Shown here in pieces: positions 25,642 through 38,279 of a stretch of 64,000 bases of DNA. Origin of the DNA: Cenococcum geophilum (Eukaryota); contig CP158635.1 in NCBI GenBank assembly GCA_050273025.1, positions 33,046,001 to 33,110,000 of the forward strand, written 5' to 3'. The notes below the pieces were generated by a model that worked only from the letters and a program-made list of their open reading frames with translations, made no database searches and was not told the origin of the DNA. Position 1 is the stretch's first letter; the number at the start of each line of letters is the position of its first letter. Position numbers and translations under genes: made by a program.

Positions 25642-28600
25642 TGTTACGGCTTATATAAATACCTCTAAACCGAAGCTTGTAGAATGCTGTATTACGAAGA
25701 TACTAAGCTAAAGAAAAGGAAAAGGGGTTGCTAGGACTAATGTAAACAAATATATAGGGTAAGCCGCTAAGGCGCTAGCTTTAGGCGGGCTAATTATAGG
25801 TTAGCAGAATATAGCAGAATTTGGTAGGTAATGTACGATAGCGCTATTACATCACCCCCCTCTTTAAAAGAAAAGCCTGCCTTTAGGCTTAGTTAGAAAT
25901 AGGGTAGTACTAGGCTTATAAATATAGGATTATAAAATATATAATAAGGAGATAAAGGGGATATAAGTATGTCCAGACTAAGTATAAAGGGCGATTATAG
26001 GCTAAGTGGAAGCACTAGGCTAGAAAGAGTAGCCGCTAAAAGTCTTAGCACAGATCTGACTAATTAGACAACTTTAACCGGTGGTTAAAGTTCCTAGATA
26101 TCTAAAATTTTACGGTACTGGCAGAAAACGGCAGAATTTGGCAGAATTTGGCAGACAGCTATATTAGGGCTTTAGGGTGTTTTTGTCCCTATATTTTTCC
26201 AATAACTTATCGTCTTTATTATACTAGCATTCTATCTATTTATCTAGGTACTTCAGGGGTTTAGGCGTATTAGGGTATTAGTTATAGAATTCTTTAAGCT
26301 TTTAGGGGCAGCTTATAAAGTTTTACGTAGGGTATTAGGTTAGGTTAGGATCGTAGCCCTTCTATTAGATACGGTATTTTAGCGTTCCCCATACTATCTT
26401 ATAGGCCAGTATTTTATTAACCTCCTATTTATTATTACTATTTACTTAAACTGGTAGGGGAGGCTTATTCTTTTATCTAGGTAATAGGTTGTTTATAGCT
26501 TTCCGTAACTTATCTAGTAAGAAAATAGGGTGGACCCTAATTAAATCTAGGAGCTTTATTTTATATAAGTTGCCTATCTTTTTAAGAACCTTATACGGTC
26601 CTGCCATCTAGTAGTCCAGCTTACAGCTAGGTTATTTAGTCTTTTAATTCTTTATTATAACCTAGACTATATTACTAGGGGCAAAATCAGGCTTTTAATG
26701 GTGTTTATTCGCCTACTATTTTATTAACCTCTAAGCTTTTTCTAGGTTCTTATAGGCTACCGTTTAGGCTTCCTCTAATTGTTTAGCATACTATTAGGCC
26801 TTAGTATAGGATAGCTTCTCTTATATAGTCTAGGGTTTTTCTAGCCTTTTCTAGTTAAAGCTTGTGCGGGGTAAGTATCCTATTTCTAGCTAAATTGGGG
26901 CAAACCCTATGGAGTTATAGGGTAGGGTTGCTTGCGCGTAGTCCATTAAGGGTAGTAGTTTAGACCAGTTATCCTAGAAATAGTTTATAAAGGGCCTAAG
27001 CCTCTAGTCTAGGTACTAATTTATAATTTCTATCTAACTGTTTATCTAGGGGTAATAAGCCGTAGAAAGCTTTAGCTTAATGCCTAAGATCTAGGTAAAC
27101 TTATTCTAGAAGGCCGATATAAACTATAGCCTATAATTAGACATAATAGTATCTAGTAATCTATAGATTTAGTAAACGTAATGGACATATAGCCAGGCTA
27201 CCTCTTTAGTATTAATGTTTTTGTAATAGAAAATTAAGAACAGGCGTTTACTAAAGCGGTCAACTATAACTATAACCATATTATATCCGTTATGGTCCTT
27301 AGGTAGTTTGTAAAAGTCTATAAAAATATACTGCTAAGGGCGCTTTAGTATTAGGAGTGGCTTAAGTAGTCCTAGGGTCTTATCCTATGGGATTATAGCT
27401 CTCTAGCAGTCTTCGCAGTTCCATATATATTAATTAATATCTGCAACTATTCTCAGCTAGTAGTAGCGGTAGTTAATAATTTTATAGGTCTTATTCTTGC
27501 CAGGGTATACCATAAAGACTTAGCAATAAGCTTCGCGGATTAGTTTAGTCCATAGATTATTAACGTTAGGGACTATAAGCCGCTCCTAGTATAGGAGCAA
27601 TCCTTCCTCTATCTTAAAATTGGGGTCTTCTTTTATGGCTTATTTGCGGAGGGCCTTTAGGGCGTCAGCCGTGCGGTTTGCAGTTAGGAGGCGGTTAATT
27701 AGCCCTATTAGCTTATTTAAGGACTCCTCTATTAGTACTAGCTCGTTTTACTAGGAGTCTAGCTCCTTAAAGATCTATAGGTCAAGCTGTTTTAGATAGA
27801 GGAAGGCGCGCGTCTAATATTAGATCTTTAGCTTATTCTAGGGTTTTATATCTTATTCTCTTCGGGTTAAGGTATTAGCCTTAGAGTTTTGCTTATTAGA
27901 ATAATATATAATCGTAAAGAAGAATTAAGAGAGTATTTTGGCCTACTGGGCTTATTATCTAGTAAGCTACTTTATAGTTATAAAGTACTCTAAGGCTTTA
28001 TAATCTATATATATTTTAATCCAGGAGTTTATACCTTTAAGCTCTACGCGCTATTAGAAGAGTAATTAAATAATAGCTAGCATTTCTTTATTATATACTT
28101 TATAGTTACACTTAGCCAGGTTTATTATCTTTAAGAAGAAAGCTATAGGGTACTATTCGCTGTCTAGATATAACTGTAATAGGATTCCCGCTACGACCCT
28201 ATTAGAGGCGTCCGTTTCTAGAATTAATTTAAGGTCTAGGTTATAGTGATAAAGGATTAGGAAAGAGATAAGCCAATCCTTTATCTCTTTAAAGGCTTCT
28301 ATATAGCTATTATTAAAAATAAAAGGCGTATCCTTCCTGGTTAGTTATATAAGAGGTTTTACTACAATTTTATAGTTATGGATAAACCGGTAGTAGAAGT
28401 TATAAAAGCTAAGGAAGAATTAGATTCCTTTTACTATATAAGGGGGCTTCTAGTTACAGATTGCCTCTACCTTCTTAGGGTTAACCTTAATTCCTTCTAT
28501 AGTCACAATAAACCTAAGGTATTTTATACGTTTTACCCCAAACTTATATTTTTTAATATTAACTTATAAGCCCGCGTTCCGTAGTCTCTCTAGGACCTTC

Positions 28601-31600
28601 TTAACATAAACTTAATGCTTAAGTTCGTTATCTAAGTATATAAAAATGTCGTCTAGGTATACTGTGCAGAATTCGTTAAGGTAATTAAAAAGAACGTCAT
28701 TTATATACCTTTGGTATATAGCCGGTCTGTTTATTAGTCTAAAAGGAAAAACTTTATATTTATAAGAACTATAACAAGTACGGAACGTTGTTAAATCTTT
28801 AGATATAGGGTTTATCCTAATTCAGTAAAAAGCTTAGCGGATATTAAGTTTGGTAAAGATCTTTGCCTAACTTAGATATATAAGGGTCTTATTAATTAAA
28901 GGAATAGAATACCGGTCCTTTTAGGTAATAGTATTTAGCTTTTAATAGTTAATATAAAAACAAAGGCCTTTATTAGGCTTTTTTATAAATAGGATAGGGG
29001 AAGTAAAAGGGGCTTAACTTAGCTCGATAAACCCTTTATCCAGGTTATTAATTAAGTACTACTTTATTACTTTTAGCTTATCCATTAATTAATAGTAGAG
29101 GGGGCTATAGCCTAGCGAGTTATTGGCTTTTAATTAAATCTTATAATTATATATCTAGTAGGGGGGTAACTTATCTAAGGCCGCCTTTAAGAATATATCC
29201 TTATAGTCTGTATAAATAGTAGGAAGAAGGCGTTTAACTAGTTCCTCATCAGTTTCCTTAGCTAGCCTTTTCTCTCTATTATTAATAATTCAGTTAATCT
29301 TATATAGGCTTATTATAAAGACCTTATTGTCCTTCTAGTACATATTAAAGTGGAACGCTATAGTACTAATTACGGCGATATTTACGGTAGGGGGGTTACC
29401 TAACAATAGGGGCATATATAACTTTAGGGACTTCTAGGGTACTAGCGTTATTATTACTCCTTTTAGCTCCTGTTGTATCTTTTAAAGGTTATCCCTTATA
29501 TCCTATTAATACGTTCTTTTCCATACTAGTTAAATCCGTGCAATTTAGACGTCGTCTATATTACTATCTATCCCGCTTCTATATATAGAGTCCTCTTTAA
29601 ATATAGCGCTTTAGAAGAGTATCTTTATCGGTACGAAGTTCTTTTTAGCTTTGCGGCAGGCGTCTTCTTAGGTAAAGGCTAGGTCACGGGCCCGGACATC
29701 CTACTAGTAGGTAGGGTTAGCCCTTACGGCTAGTATCTTGCGGTCAGTTCGGATCTCCCTAATAAAGGAGGGTAACCTTAGTCTATCCTCCGGCTAAATA
29801 AACCGTCTTTATTACATGTTTAACTAAATATTAAAATAGAACATCTATTTTCGTCTAAGGATTATATTGTGGGACCCTAGGTCTAGGATGCAAAAGGGGA
29901 TACCATATTAGCGTTATCTATTAAGAGCAATATGTAACTTTAAAACGTAGGTAACGGGCTAACCGGCTTGGCCGTTATAGCCTTTTACCTAAATAAGCTT
30001 CTCTAATTAGATAGCTTCTGCATTTAGAAACTTAGCAACATTATTCGCATAGGCAGTATTTATAAAGGCGAAGCTATTTACTCTAGTGTTAATAAGGGCG
30101 GTTATATTAACTCTATATCCATTCTAAGATACTATATATAGAACCGTAAAATACTTTCTACCTATTAACTAACTAAGATTAATCTCTTTAAGATTAATAG
30201 GGTACTCTAGGGGGGAGTCTTTCCCTAGGGTTCTTCTTTTCCCGACTTATCGGACGTTTCTCCTTCCTTTATCTCCTTAATATCGCCTATATCCTTTAGC
30301 TCCGGGCAGGATAAAGTAAAGTAACCCTACTTATTATAGTTGTAGCATATAGCCAAGGCAGGGTCGATTAGAGTATTACGGCAAATACTAGTTAATAGCG
30401 TAGTACGTAACTAGTTGGGCGAGGCTTATTAGTATATAGTTATAACCGCCTTTAGTATAAGAGCAGTCGTAACTTATCTTCTTACTCTAGCTCTTATAAG
30501 TATAGCTAGCGAGTTCTAATCATTACGGAGTTGCTTCTACTAATTAGGGTGGGCGTTAATCCGCTTTAGTTCTAAGTCTAATAATAGGTAACGAGCTGCG
30601 AGTCTTTTATGGGTTAATAGGTTATTTAAGGTTATAGCAATTTTTTCTTATAGCCGGATTGTTAGCTTATCGTATAGGTCTAATTAGTAGTTCTTAAGGG
30701 GAACCTAGCCTTCTCCTACAAGGTATAGAAATTAAGTCTAAAATTTGGTAAAGGGTTAGTTTAGTTTTATTATTAGGCGATTATAGTTATAATAGGCATC
30801 CCGTACTTTATTCGGGTTAACGTAAATAGCCACTAGGTGCTATATTATCTCGTTAATAGATATAAATTAGATAGGGAAGTCGTCCTCAAACTTAGCTTAA
30901 AGGTGCCGTTGGGCGTCCCCAGTGGTTCAACTAAAGAGGTAGAGCATTTTGGCTTCTTCGGAAAGGAAATAGTTATAGTTAATATAAAGCTTTCCTTATA
31001 CTTAAATCCTCTAATTCTTAAAGGTAGGGTCTATCCCGTTAAATAGTAGTAGGGGGTTAAGGAGCTTAACGGACTTTAATTACTTTGTTATTATATCCGT
31101 ACTCCCTAGTATATCGCATTTAGTAGAGTAAATAGGTCGGCTAGGGCTTTAAGAAGGGGAAGCTAGGCTATTTTATAAGGCCGCGAGGCTTTCTAGAATC
31201 TCTTATAGGGTCTCTTATATATTTCTTACTTTAAGATAATCGGCTTCCTAGCTGGCTGCGAGGGCGCGAATCTACTTGCGTATATCTACGACGTTATTAT
31301 TATCTTTAATTTCTAATCCTAATTAGATCTCAGGTTCCTCTTAGGTAGAGGCAGCTCTCTTAAATAAGCTTACTTTAGGTGCCATTATTAGCTTCCTAAG
31401 GTTCGTTAATATTATACGCTTTAGTTTTAATTCTGGGGGTATAGGTCCAGTTCTATCTAGCTTATAAGGTAGAATATTATCTAGGCCTTCCCAGGCAATG
31501 TAGAGTTATTTTGGTGTCTAAGTATAGCGTATTAATACGTCGTTGCAGACGAAGTTTCTTTAGGGTAGGATATTATTGAGGCCTTCCTAGGTAAGGTAGG

Positions 31601-31825
31601 GTAAGCTTAGTATAATATTACGGCTCGTACAAATGCCTCTAAACCAAAGCTTGTAGAATGCTATATTATGAAGATACTAAGCTAAAGAGAAGGAAAAGGG
31701 GTCGCTAGGACCGATATAAACAAATATATAGGGTAAGCCGCCAAGGCGCTAGCTTTAGGCGGGCCAATCGCAGGTCGGCAGAATATGGCAGAATTTGGCA
31801 GGTAACGTGCGATAGCGTTATTACA
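25642..31825 (-). mobile_element. Full-length Ty3/Gypsy chromovirus family B (6.2 kb), RIP-inactivated
   Basis: 210-bp LTRs at 25642-25851 and 31616-31825, TSD CTAAG, polypurine tract at ~25852-25865 (minus). YLDDI ~28650, integrase ~27000-27500, chromodomain ~26280-26450, gag knuckle ~30330. Confidence 0.96.
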
Positions 31826-32199
31826 CTAAGTATAGGACAGCCTAAGCAACCGCACTATCTATAGTCGAGTATAGGGTATTATACGTGCTTACTAGGAGGT
31901 CACCTTATAAAAAGCTTAATAGTGTTAGCTAGAGTGCTTATAGACGCCTTGTGTTATAGCTAGAGTAATGCGGGCAGCTAGAGTACTGCATAGATAGGCC
32001 ACCTAGCAAGATACCAGCCACTTATCGCGATTTAGGCGCCTAAGGACATGCGCCCTAGGAGGGCGTATACGGTAGTCGCTGCCTAAAGTTTTTGCACCTT
32101 CCCAATTAGGAAGTTATAGCTTACTACCCGCAGCAGAATACTTTCTGCAGCTTTTTACTCTCATTACACCGACTTAACGCCACTAAAGTTTCTTAGTTG

Positions 32200-35100
32200 C
32201 AGTGTAAAATGGTAGGTAAGAGCTTGCCTTCCTTAAATCTTACTTTACTAACTATGGTCTTCTACTAGATCGCGACTAGGGCTTAAACCCTAGCTATAAA
32301 GGCTATAAAAGCTACTCTCCAATAGATCTAAAATGTTACCTCTATTAAATGACGCGCTATTTAGTATCTATTATAAAAGCCGCTAATCGCGGCTGGAATC
32401 CTATTATAAATCCTATTGTTTTTAATGGCTACGTTATTAACGCTCCTTATCTTAGTAGAAAGCGAATAGTTACCTATAAGATTAAATAACGAATACTAAG
32501 GAAAGTTACCTATAACCGCTATAGGCGAGAGAAATCCTATAAATATATTGCTATAAAATGCGGTTACTTTGCTAAAACCATCTAGCAAGTTCTATAATAT
32601 TATAGATATTGGAAAACAAAGCCTATAAAAAAGCCTTATTTTATAAAGGCTATAAAGAAAGCCTAACTTTAGTTTACTTTACGATATAAGGATTAGAAAA
32701 ATGTAATTTATACTAATAAAACTAGCTTTGTTTTATATATTAGAAGGGGCGGGTATAAGCTTTAGTAATTAGCCTAGGAAAAGGTTAATAAGTTAAATAT
32801 TTATGCTTAAATTAAAAAAGCTATTATGTTTATATTTTAGGGGGCCTTTTTATATAATTAAAAGTTGCCCTACCTTATATAGCGGCCCAAAACCGCAGCT
32901 AAGAAAAAGGCCTTAAAGCTTAAGCTTTAAAAAATTAATATTAAACGAGGCCCTAAAACTAGTTTTAGGAGCGTTTAAAGGGTCTTTAAGCCAAGTAATA
33001 GAGATCGAGGCTTCTACCCCTCCTCCTAGAATTAGATTTAAAAGCTTTACAATAGCTACGTATTAAGAATCCTAAAATTTAAGGAAAATCACGCAATTAA
33101 AAAGGCCTATATAGAAGAGGTTAATAAAGATAGGGACGAACTAGCAGTTAGTTCTAGCTCTAGCTCTACCCCTAAAAACTCTACTATAAAGCACCTCTTA
33201 CAGCTAAAAACATAGCTACTATCTCTAACCTCTAGAGTTCAGAAGCTAATCCAAAATTAGAAAATAGAGAGAATCTCTCTAAACTAGCAAAAACCGTGGT
33301 CTCCTCCTATTCCTACTTTCTTCTCTATCTCTAAGGGTAATAAAGAAGAAGCTGCACAAGAACACTTAAGACTAGTAGAAAGTTTATAAGAATCCCTAGA
33401 GTGGGACCTAGTAGATATATACTATATAGATGGCTCTAAAGATAGTAAATTAAATATAGCTGCCGTATGCAAAATAGGAGAGAGAAATAGGATTAAATAT
33501 GCAATAAACTGGAATCTAGGGCCCTATATGGAAATTATAAACGTAGAGCTTTATGCAGTCTATAGGGCCTTAGAATACCTAAAACAATAAAGACTAGAAG
33601 AGAAACAGGTTTATATTTTTATAGATAGCCAGGTAGCTATTAAAAGATTACAGCTTAATTCTCTTATAGGAGGGTAAGAACTAGTCTTTAAAATTACGCA
33701 AAGCTATATTTACCTAACTAGTAGAAATATCTCTATTAACTTCTATTAGGTTCCTAGCCACCTAGAAATTTATAGAAATAAAATAGTAGATAAACTAGTA
33801 AAAAAGGGCCTTTCTAGAAGAAAAATGCGGTCTTCTTATACTTCTTTAGCCTACCTAGGGAGACAAGTAAGAGAAAAGATACTAGAATAGTAGAAAAACA
33901 ATTAGTAACAGAATAAAAGTAAAGGAAAACACTATACTATAATCTATAAGGGAAACTACCCCTTTTCTTTTAAAGCTCCTAAGGATAAATATCCTAAAAA
34001 GCTATAGTTAGCTTTCTTTCAACTAAAACTAGGAAAAGGCTTCTTTAAATTTTTTTCTAAAACAATAGGAAAGGACGAAGAAGGTAGATGCTTTAGGGGC
34101 TATAGCGCGGTACAAACCCCTACGCATCTTTTACTAGAATGTAGACTATATTAGGAAGATAGAAAGGAAATGCAAAGACAAATAGGCTCTTCTCTCTCCT
34201 TAGAGAAGCTTTTCTGCATAAAGAAAGGAAGAAGGGCGCTTCTTCTATTTCTAAGTAGGACTAAAATAGCTACTAGAAAGTGGCTAATAGCAAAAGTATC
34301 TTTAGAAGGAGGTAACTTTTACTAAATTTCTAGTAAATAGACTATAAAAAGCAAAAGGATAGAAATAAATTATAAATAGGACAGGGATAGGCGTTAGGAT
34401 TACTTATGATTTTATCTTAATTTTTCGATTTTTTATACTATTTTTCTACCGTTTTTCTTACTACCTAATAGTTGTTAGCAACCTAGTATTTTACTAGGAA
34501 GCTGTAAACCCCTAGTTTAGGGATTTATAAACTACTAGGACATAGCTACTAGTATATATTAAGCTGCCTAGAAAGGATTTATGTATATAGAACTATAGCG
34601 CCATAGCCTAAAGGCTGCATGCGCAGTATTGTACGTAGTACAATACAATAGATATATAAATTAAAAAAAAAAAATTTAATAACGTAATCAAGCCAGAGCT
34701 GCGTAAGGCGTAGGACCTTACTACTAGTATATAACAACTTAGGCTTTGCAATTAGCTAGGGAGAAAGCCTCAATTCCAAATAACTAAGGAGAATGGCACC
34801 ATTAAGCGTACAGCTAAGAAAGGTGGTATTAATTAGTACTGGTATTTTACTAAGTACCTCCTTCTAATCCTTATTCCTTTTATAATTAAGTGCTAAATTA
34901 ACCACCTAAATATAATTATTTAAGAGGATAAGGTTCCTGCTTACTTATTAAAGCATTAATAAGTCTATTTTAACGCCGCAGGTCTCTAGCGCCTCTTTTA
35001 GCTAGGCAGCTTATCTAATCTAAATATAATTAAGCTTTACTAGTACTATTTTAAGCAGGTTACTATAAAGAAGGAAGCGCTAAAGAATAGAGTAAAAGTA

Positions 35101-36050
35101 GAGTGAGCCCGGTAGTAGGTATAGGATAAACTTAAATAGTAGCGAATATAAGCTTAGATTAAGCGGATTCCTTAATATATAAGTAGTAATCCACTATAAA
35201 GGCAGCAATAAGTATTATAAAGGTGCCGCTGATAATGTATAAGATTAGAAGGCTCTTAAGCGCTAAGATAGTTATTATCGTAATGTAATTGCTTATATGC
35301 AAAAGGAGGTGCTTTTATACTTTAATCGCGTTAATCTAAATAAGCTATCCTTTAAAAAGCCTCTGCTGCTAAAGCTTTTATAGCATATATAAATAGAACC
35401 TTATCTATTAAACGCCTTAATAGATATTAAGCCTCTACTATATATTTACACCCTAAAGCTTCGCCGCCATTAACGGGCTATATAGATATAAACTGTAAAG
35501 CCACCTATTTAACACTTAGCTACTTTTAAGCCTCCTCCATTTAAGCCTCTACAACCTATTAATCCTCCTTTACCTCCTATACGGCAGAATTGACCAGATA
35601 TAAAGGGCAGAAACTTAAAGAAGGTAGAGTTTAAAGTTAGCTTAATAGAGCTGCAATACTAGCAGCAGCAGCAATAGTAGTAGTAATAGCAGCAGTAGCA
35701 GTAATATTAATAGCGGCAATAACAGCGGCAGTAGTAGTAGGAGGAAGTTCAACACTATAAGGCAGATATTAGGTAGAATACAATTAATTAGCCAAAAAGG
35801 AAGTGGATAAGGAAGGACTCTTTACCTGCCTTTAGTAAGGCAGTAGATTCGGACAGCAGGACGATTAACAGTGTATTAAGTTTAGTAGAGCCCCTATAAC
35901 ACCAAAGCTCTATATAAAAGACTTTAAAAGCTGTAAGAAGATGTTAGCGAATTAAGTATATAGACTTTATTTAACCGGTTAAGGACGTTCCTAGACCTCC
36001 GCAGAGCTGATAGTTGCGCCTATATAGAGCTTAACACCTTCTAAATAGCT
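32200..36050 (+). pseudogene. Tc1-type (DDE_3) transposase with long Pro/Gln-rich C-terminal extension; ends approximate
   Basis: RIP-reversed KTKPTKKP, W.NVI.TDETS (~32695), FMFWGAF, GGIDWYRY (~34822), QEDK.PAH (~34921), SPDLN.IE, G.N.Y.EG (35201). The CAG/CAA tract at ~35654-35740 starts in the same frame. Confidence 0.85.
32941..34674 (+). mobile_element. 5'-truncated LINE with RNase H, copy 2
   Basis: Colinear with 23857-25456, with extra 5' NEALKLVLGAFK; poly(A) 34663-34674; the Tc1 ORF resumes after it. TSD only approximate (AAAATTAATA/AAATTTAATA). Confidence 0.9.
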
Positions 36051-36196
36051 AGCTTATTGATCCGACAATCAAATATATATATATGCCCTTTTGCTTAAAG
36101 CTTTACGCACAATTTTAACGATTTTAACTATTCTGCCGTGGGGGGTAAGCAATAACTTCCTAATCGGGAAGGTGCAAAAACTTTAGGCAGCGACTA

Positions 36197-37201
36197 CATC
36201 AGCATTTTGTTGGGGTGCCAAGATCCTGGAGGCCTCCTGACAGGATTTTGATTTTCCTGATCGTCCTGATCGTCCTGGTAGGCTCCTGGAGGCTCCTGGC
36301 AGGATTTTAATTTTCCTGATCGTCCCGACAGGCTCCTGACAGGAACCTACTATCCTGATGCGATCCTGACAGGACCCTACCATCCTGATGCGTTCCTGAT
36401 GCGTTCCTGACAAGACCCTATTATCCTAATGCGTTCCTGACAGGACTCTATCATCCTAATGCGTTCCTAACAGGACTATTATCCTGATGCGTTCCTGACA
36501 GGAACGCCCCCCCTAAGCGACGCCCCCCACGAAGCTCTGCACGAAGCTCTGCACGAAGCTCTGCACGAAGCTCTGCACGAAGCTCTGCACGAAGCTCTGC
36601 ACGAAGCTCTGCACGAAGCTCTACACGAAGCTCTACACGAAGCTCTACACGAAGCTCTACACGAAGCTCTACGCATAGAGGCTCTGCACGAGGCTCTGCG
36701 CGAAGCTCTGCGTACGGAGGCTCTACACAAAGCTCTGCACAAAGGTCTACACGAAGCGACACATATTACTATCGGGTCCCCGCTATATTCCCGATAGCGT
36801 CTACACGTGCCTCTGCCAAGTATGTCCCCTATATAGCTACCTTATTTTTTTTACCCTTCCTTCCTTACATCCTCCCTACCTAGGGAGGTACCAGAACGGG
36901 AGCTAGCAGAGGACCGTCGCCAGAACTAGACGACCGTCGCCAGAACCAGACGACCGTCGTAGAACTAGACGACCGTTACCAGGACCAGACGACCGTTCGA
37001 ACAACTAGCCAGCGAACACTACGAACGATTCAATCAATCGATCGATCGAATTGAACCAGAGCTTCGATATTGGCCCGTCACCGAATCGAATTAAAGCCTC
37101 CTAGGGAGGCACCCCAGACAACCACCGTTCGAATGTACAGCTAGAGCCTTCGACCAGGCCGACCCGCCCCCCCCCCCCAATTAAATCTGACACTAATACA
37201 T

Positions 37202-37232
<31 letters not shown>

Positions 37233-37245
37233 TAGATAGACAGAC

Positions 37246-37282
<37 letters not shown>

Positions 37283-38157
37283 GGAAGGCAGGTAGGCAGG
37301 CCCTAGGCCTAGTTAGGAAATCAGTACACGGCCAGCGGATTATCGGGAATACCGCCGATTGACGATTTGGAGCCTCTGCGAAGGCTTCCCCCTCGATTGA
37401 TCGCTCGACACTTAAGCGATTGTCCCCCTAGAACGACGCAGAGCTCCTATGACAGACATAGGTAGTAGGCAGGAAGGGCAGCCAGCGAACGGCCGTAGAG
37501 AACGATTCGAATTGAGTAGAGCCCTCGATCAGGCCGACCCCTTCCCGAATTAAATCAGACACTGACACAGGCAGGTAGGTAGGCAAGCAGGTAGGTAAGC
37601 AGGCAGGTAAGCAGGCAGGTAGGCAGGCAGGTAGGCAGGCAGGTAGGCCCTAGGCCTAGTTAGGAAATCAGTACACGGCCGGGGGATTATCGAGAACACC
37701 GCCAATCGACGATTTGGAGCCTCTGCGAAGGCTTCCCCCTCGATCGATCGCTCAACGATCGTCCCCCTAGAACAACGCAGGGCTCCTATGACAGACAGAT
37801 ACAGGCAGGAAGGATTAATTTGGATTATGCATCCTGTATATAGCATAGGGCTCAAAATTAAACTAATTTTCATATTTATTGGCTGGCTGTGAATACTAGA
37901 GCATTAATACACCTTATTTTTAAATTTCCTAATTATTATCCTAATTGTCCTAATTGTACTGATGATCCTGACGGTCCTAGAGATCCTGGAGGTCCTGGAG
38001 GTCCTAGTGGTCCGTGTGGTCCGTGTGGTCCGGGTACGCTCCTGACAGGCTCCTGACAGGATACCGAGTGTGAGTGTCTCCTGGGGCTCCTGACAGCCCT
38101 GTCAGGAGCTGTCAAGAGCTGTCAGTACTGTCAGGAGGCATGAACATTTTGCTGATA
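36197..38157. mobile_element. Non-autonomous TIR element X2 (CATCAGCA...TGCTGAT[G>A]), 1.96 kb
   Basis: TA duplicated at 36195-36196 and 38158-38159; removing it restores the Tc1 right TIR. TCCTGACAGG subterminal repeats at both ends; core shared with X1. Confidence 0.85.
36528..36755 (+). repeat. Short array of the 12-bp CACGAAGCTCT(G/A) unit
   Basis: Same unit as 8129-9120. Confidence 0.95.
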
Positions 38158-38279
38158 TACCATAGTTATTACAACCTACGCGCTACCTATGCGGTATATA
38201 TAGGCTAGAGAGCTTATAAGGTATTCTAATTAGGAGTCCCCCTAGTTATAGCACACTGCTACCTTTTTAGAGGTTTATA

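Larger units (their letters stand above)
32070..38162 (+). mobile_element. Tc1/mariner DNA transposon, interrupted by LINE copy 2 and element X2
   Basis: ~70-bp TIRs CGGTAGTCGCTGCCTAAAGTTTTTGCACCTTCCC from 32070; reverse complement at ~36130-36196 completed at 38160-38162. TA on both flanks. Confidence 0.88.
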
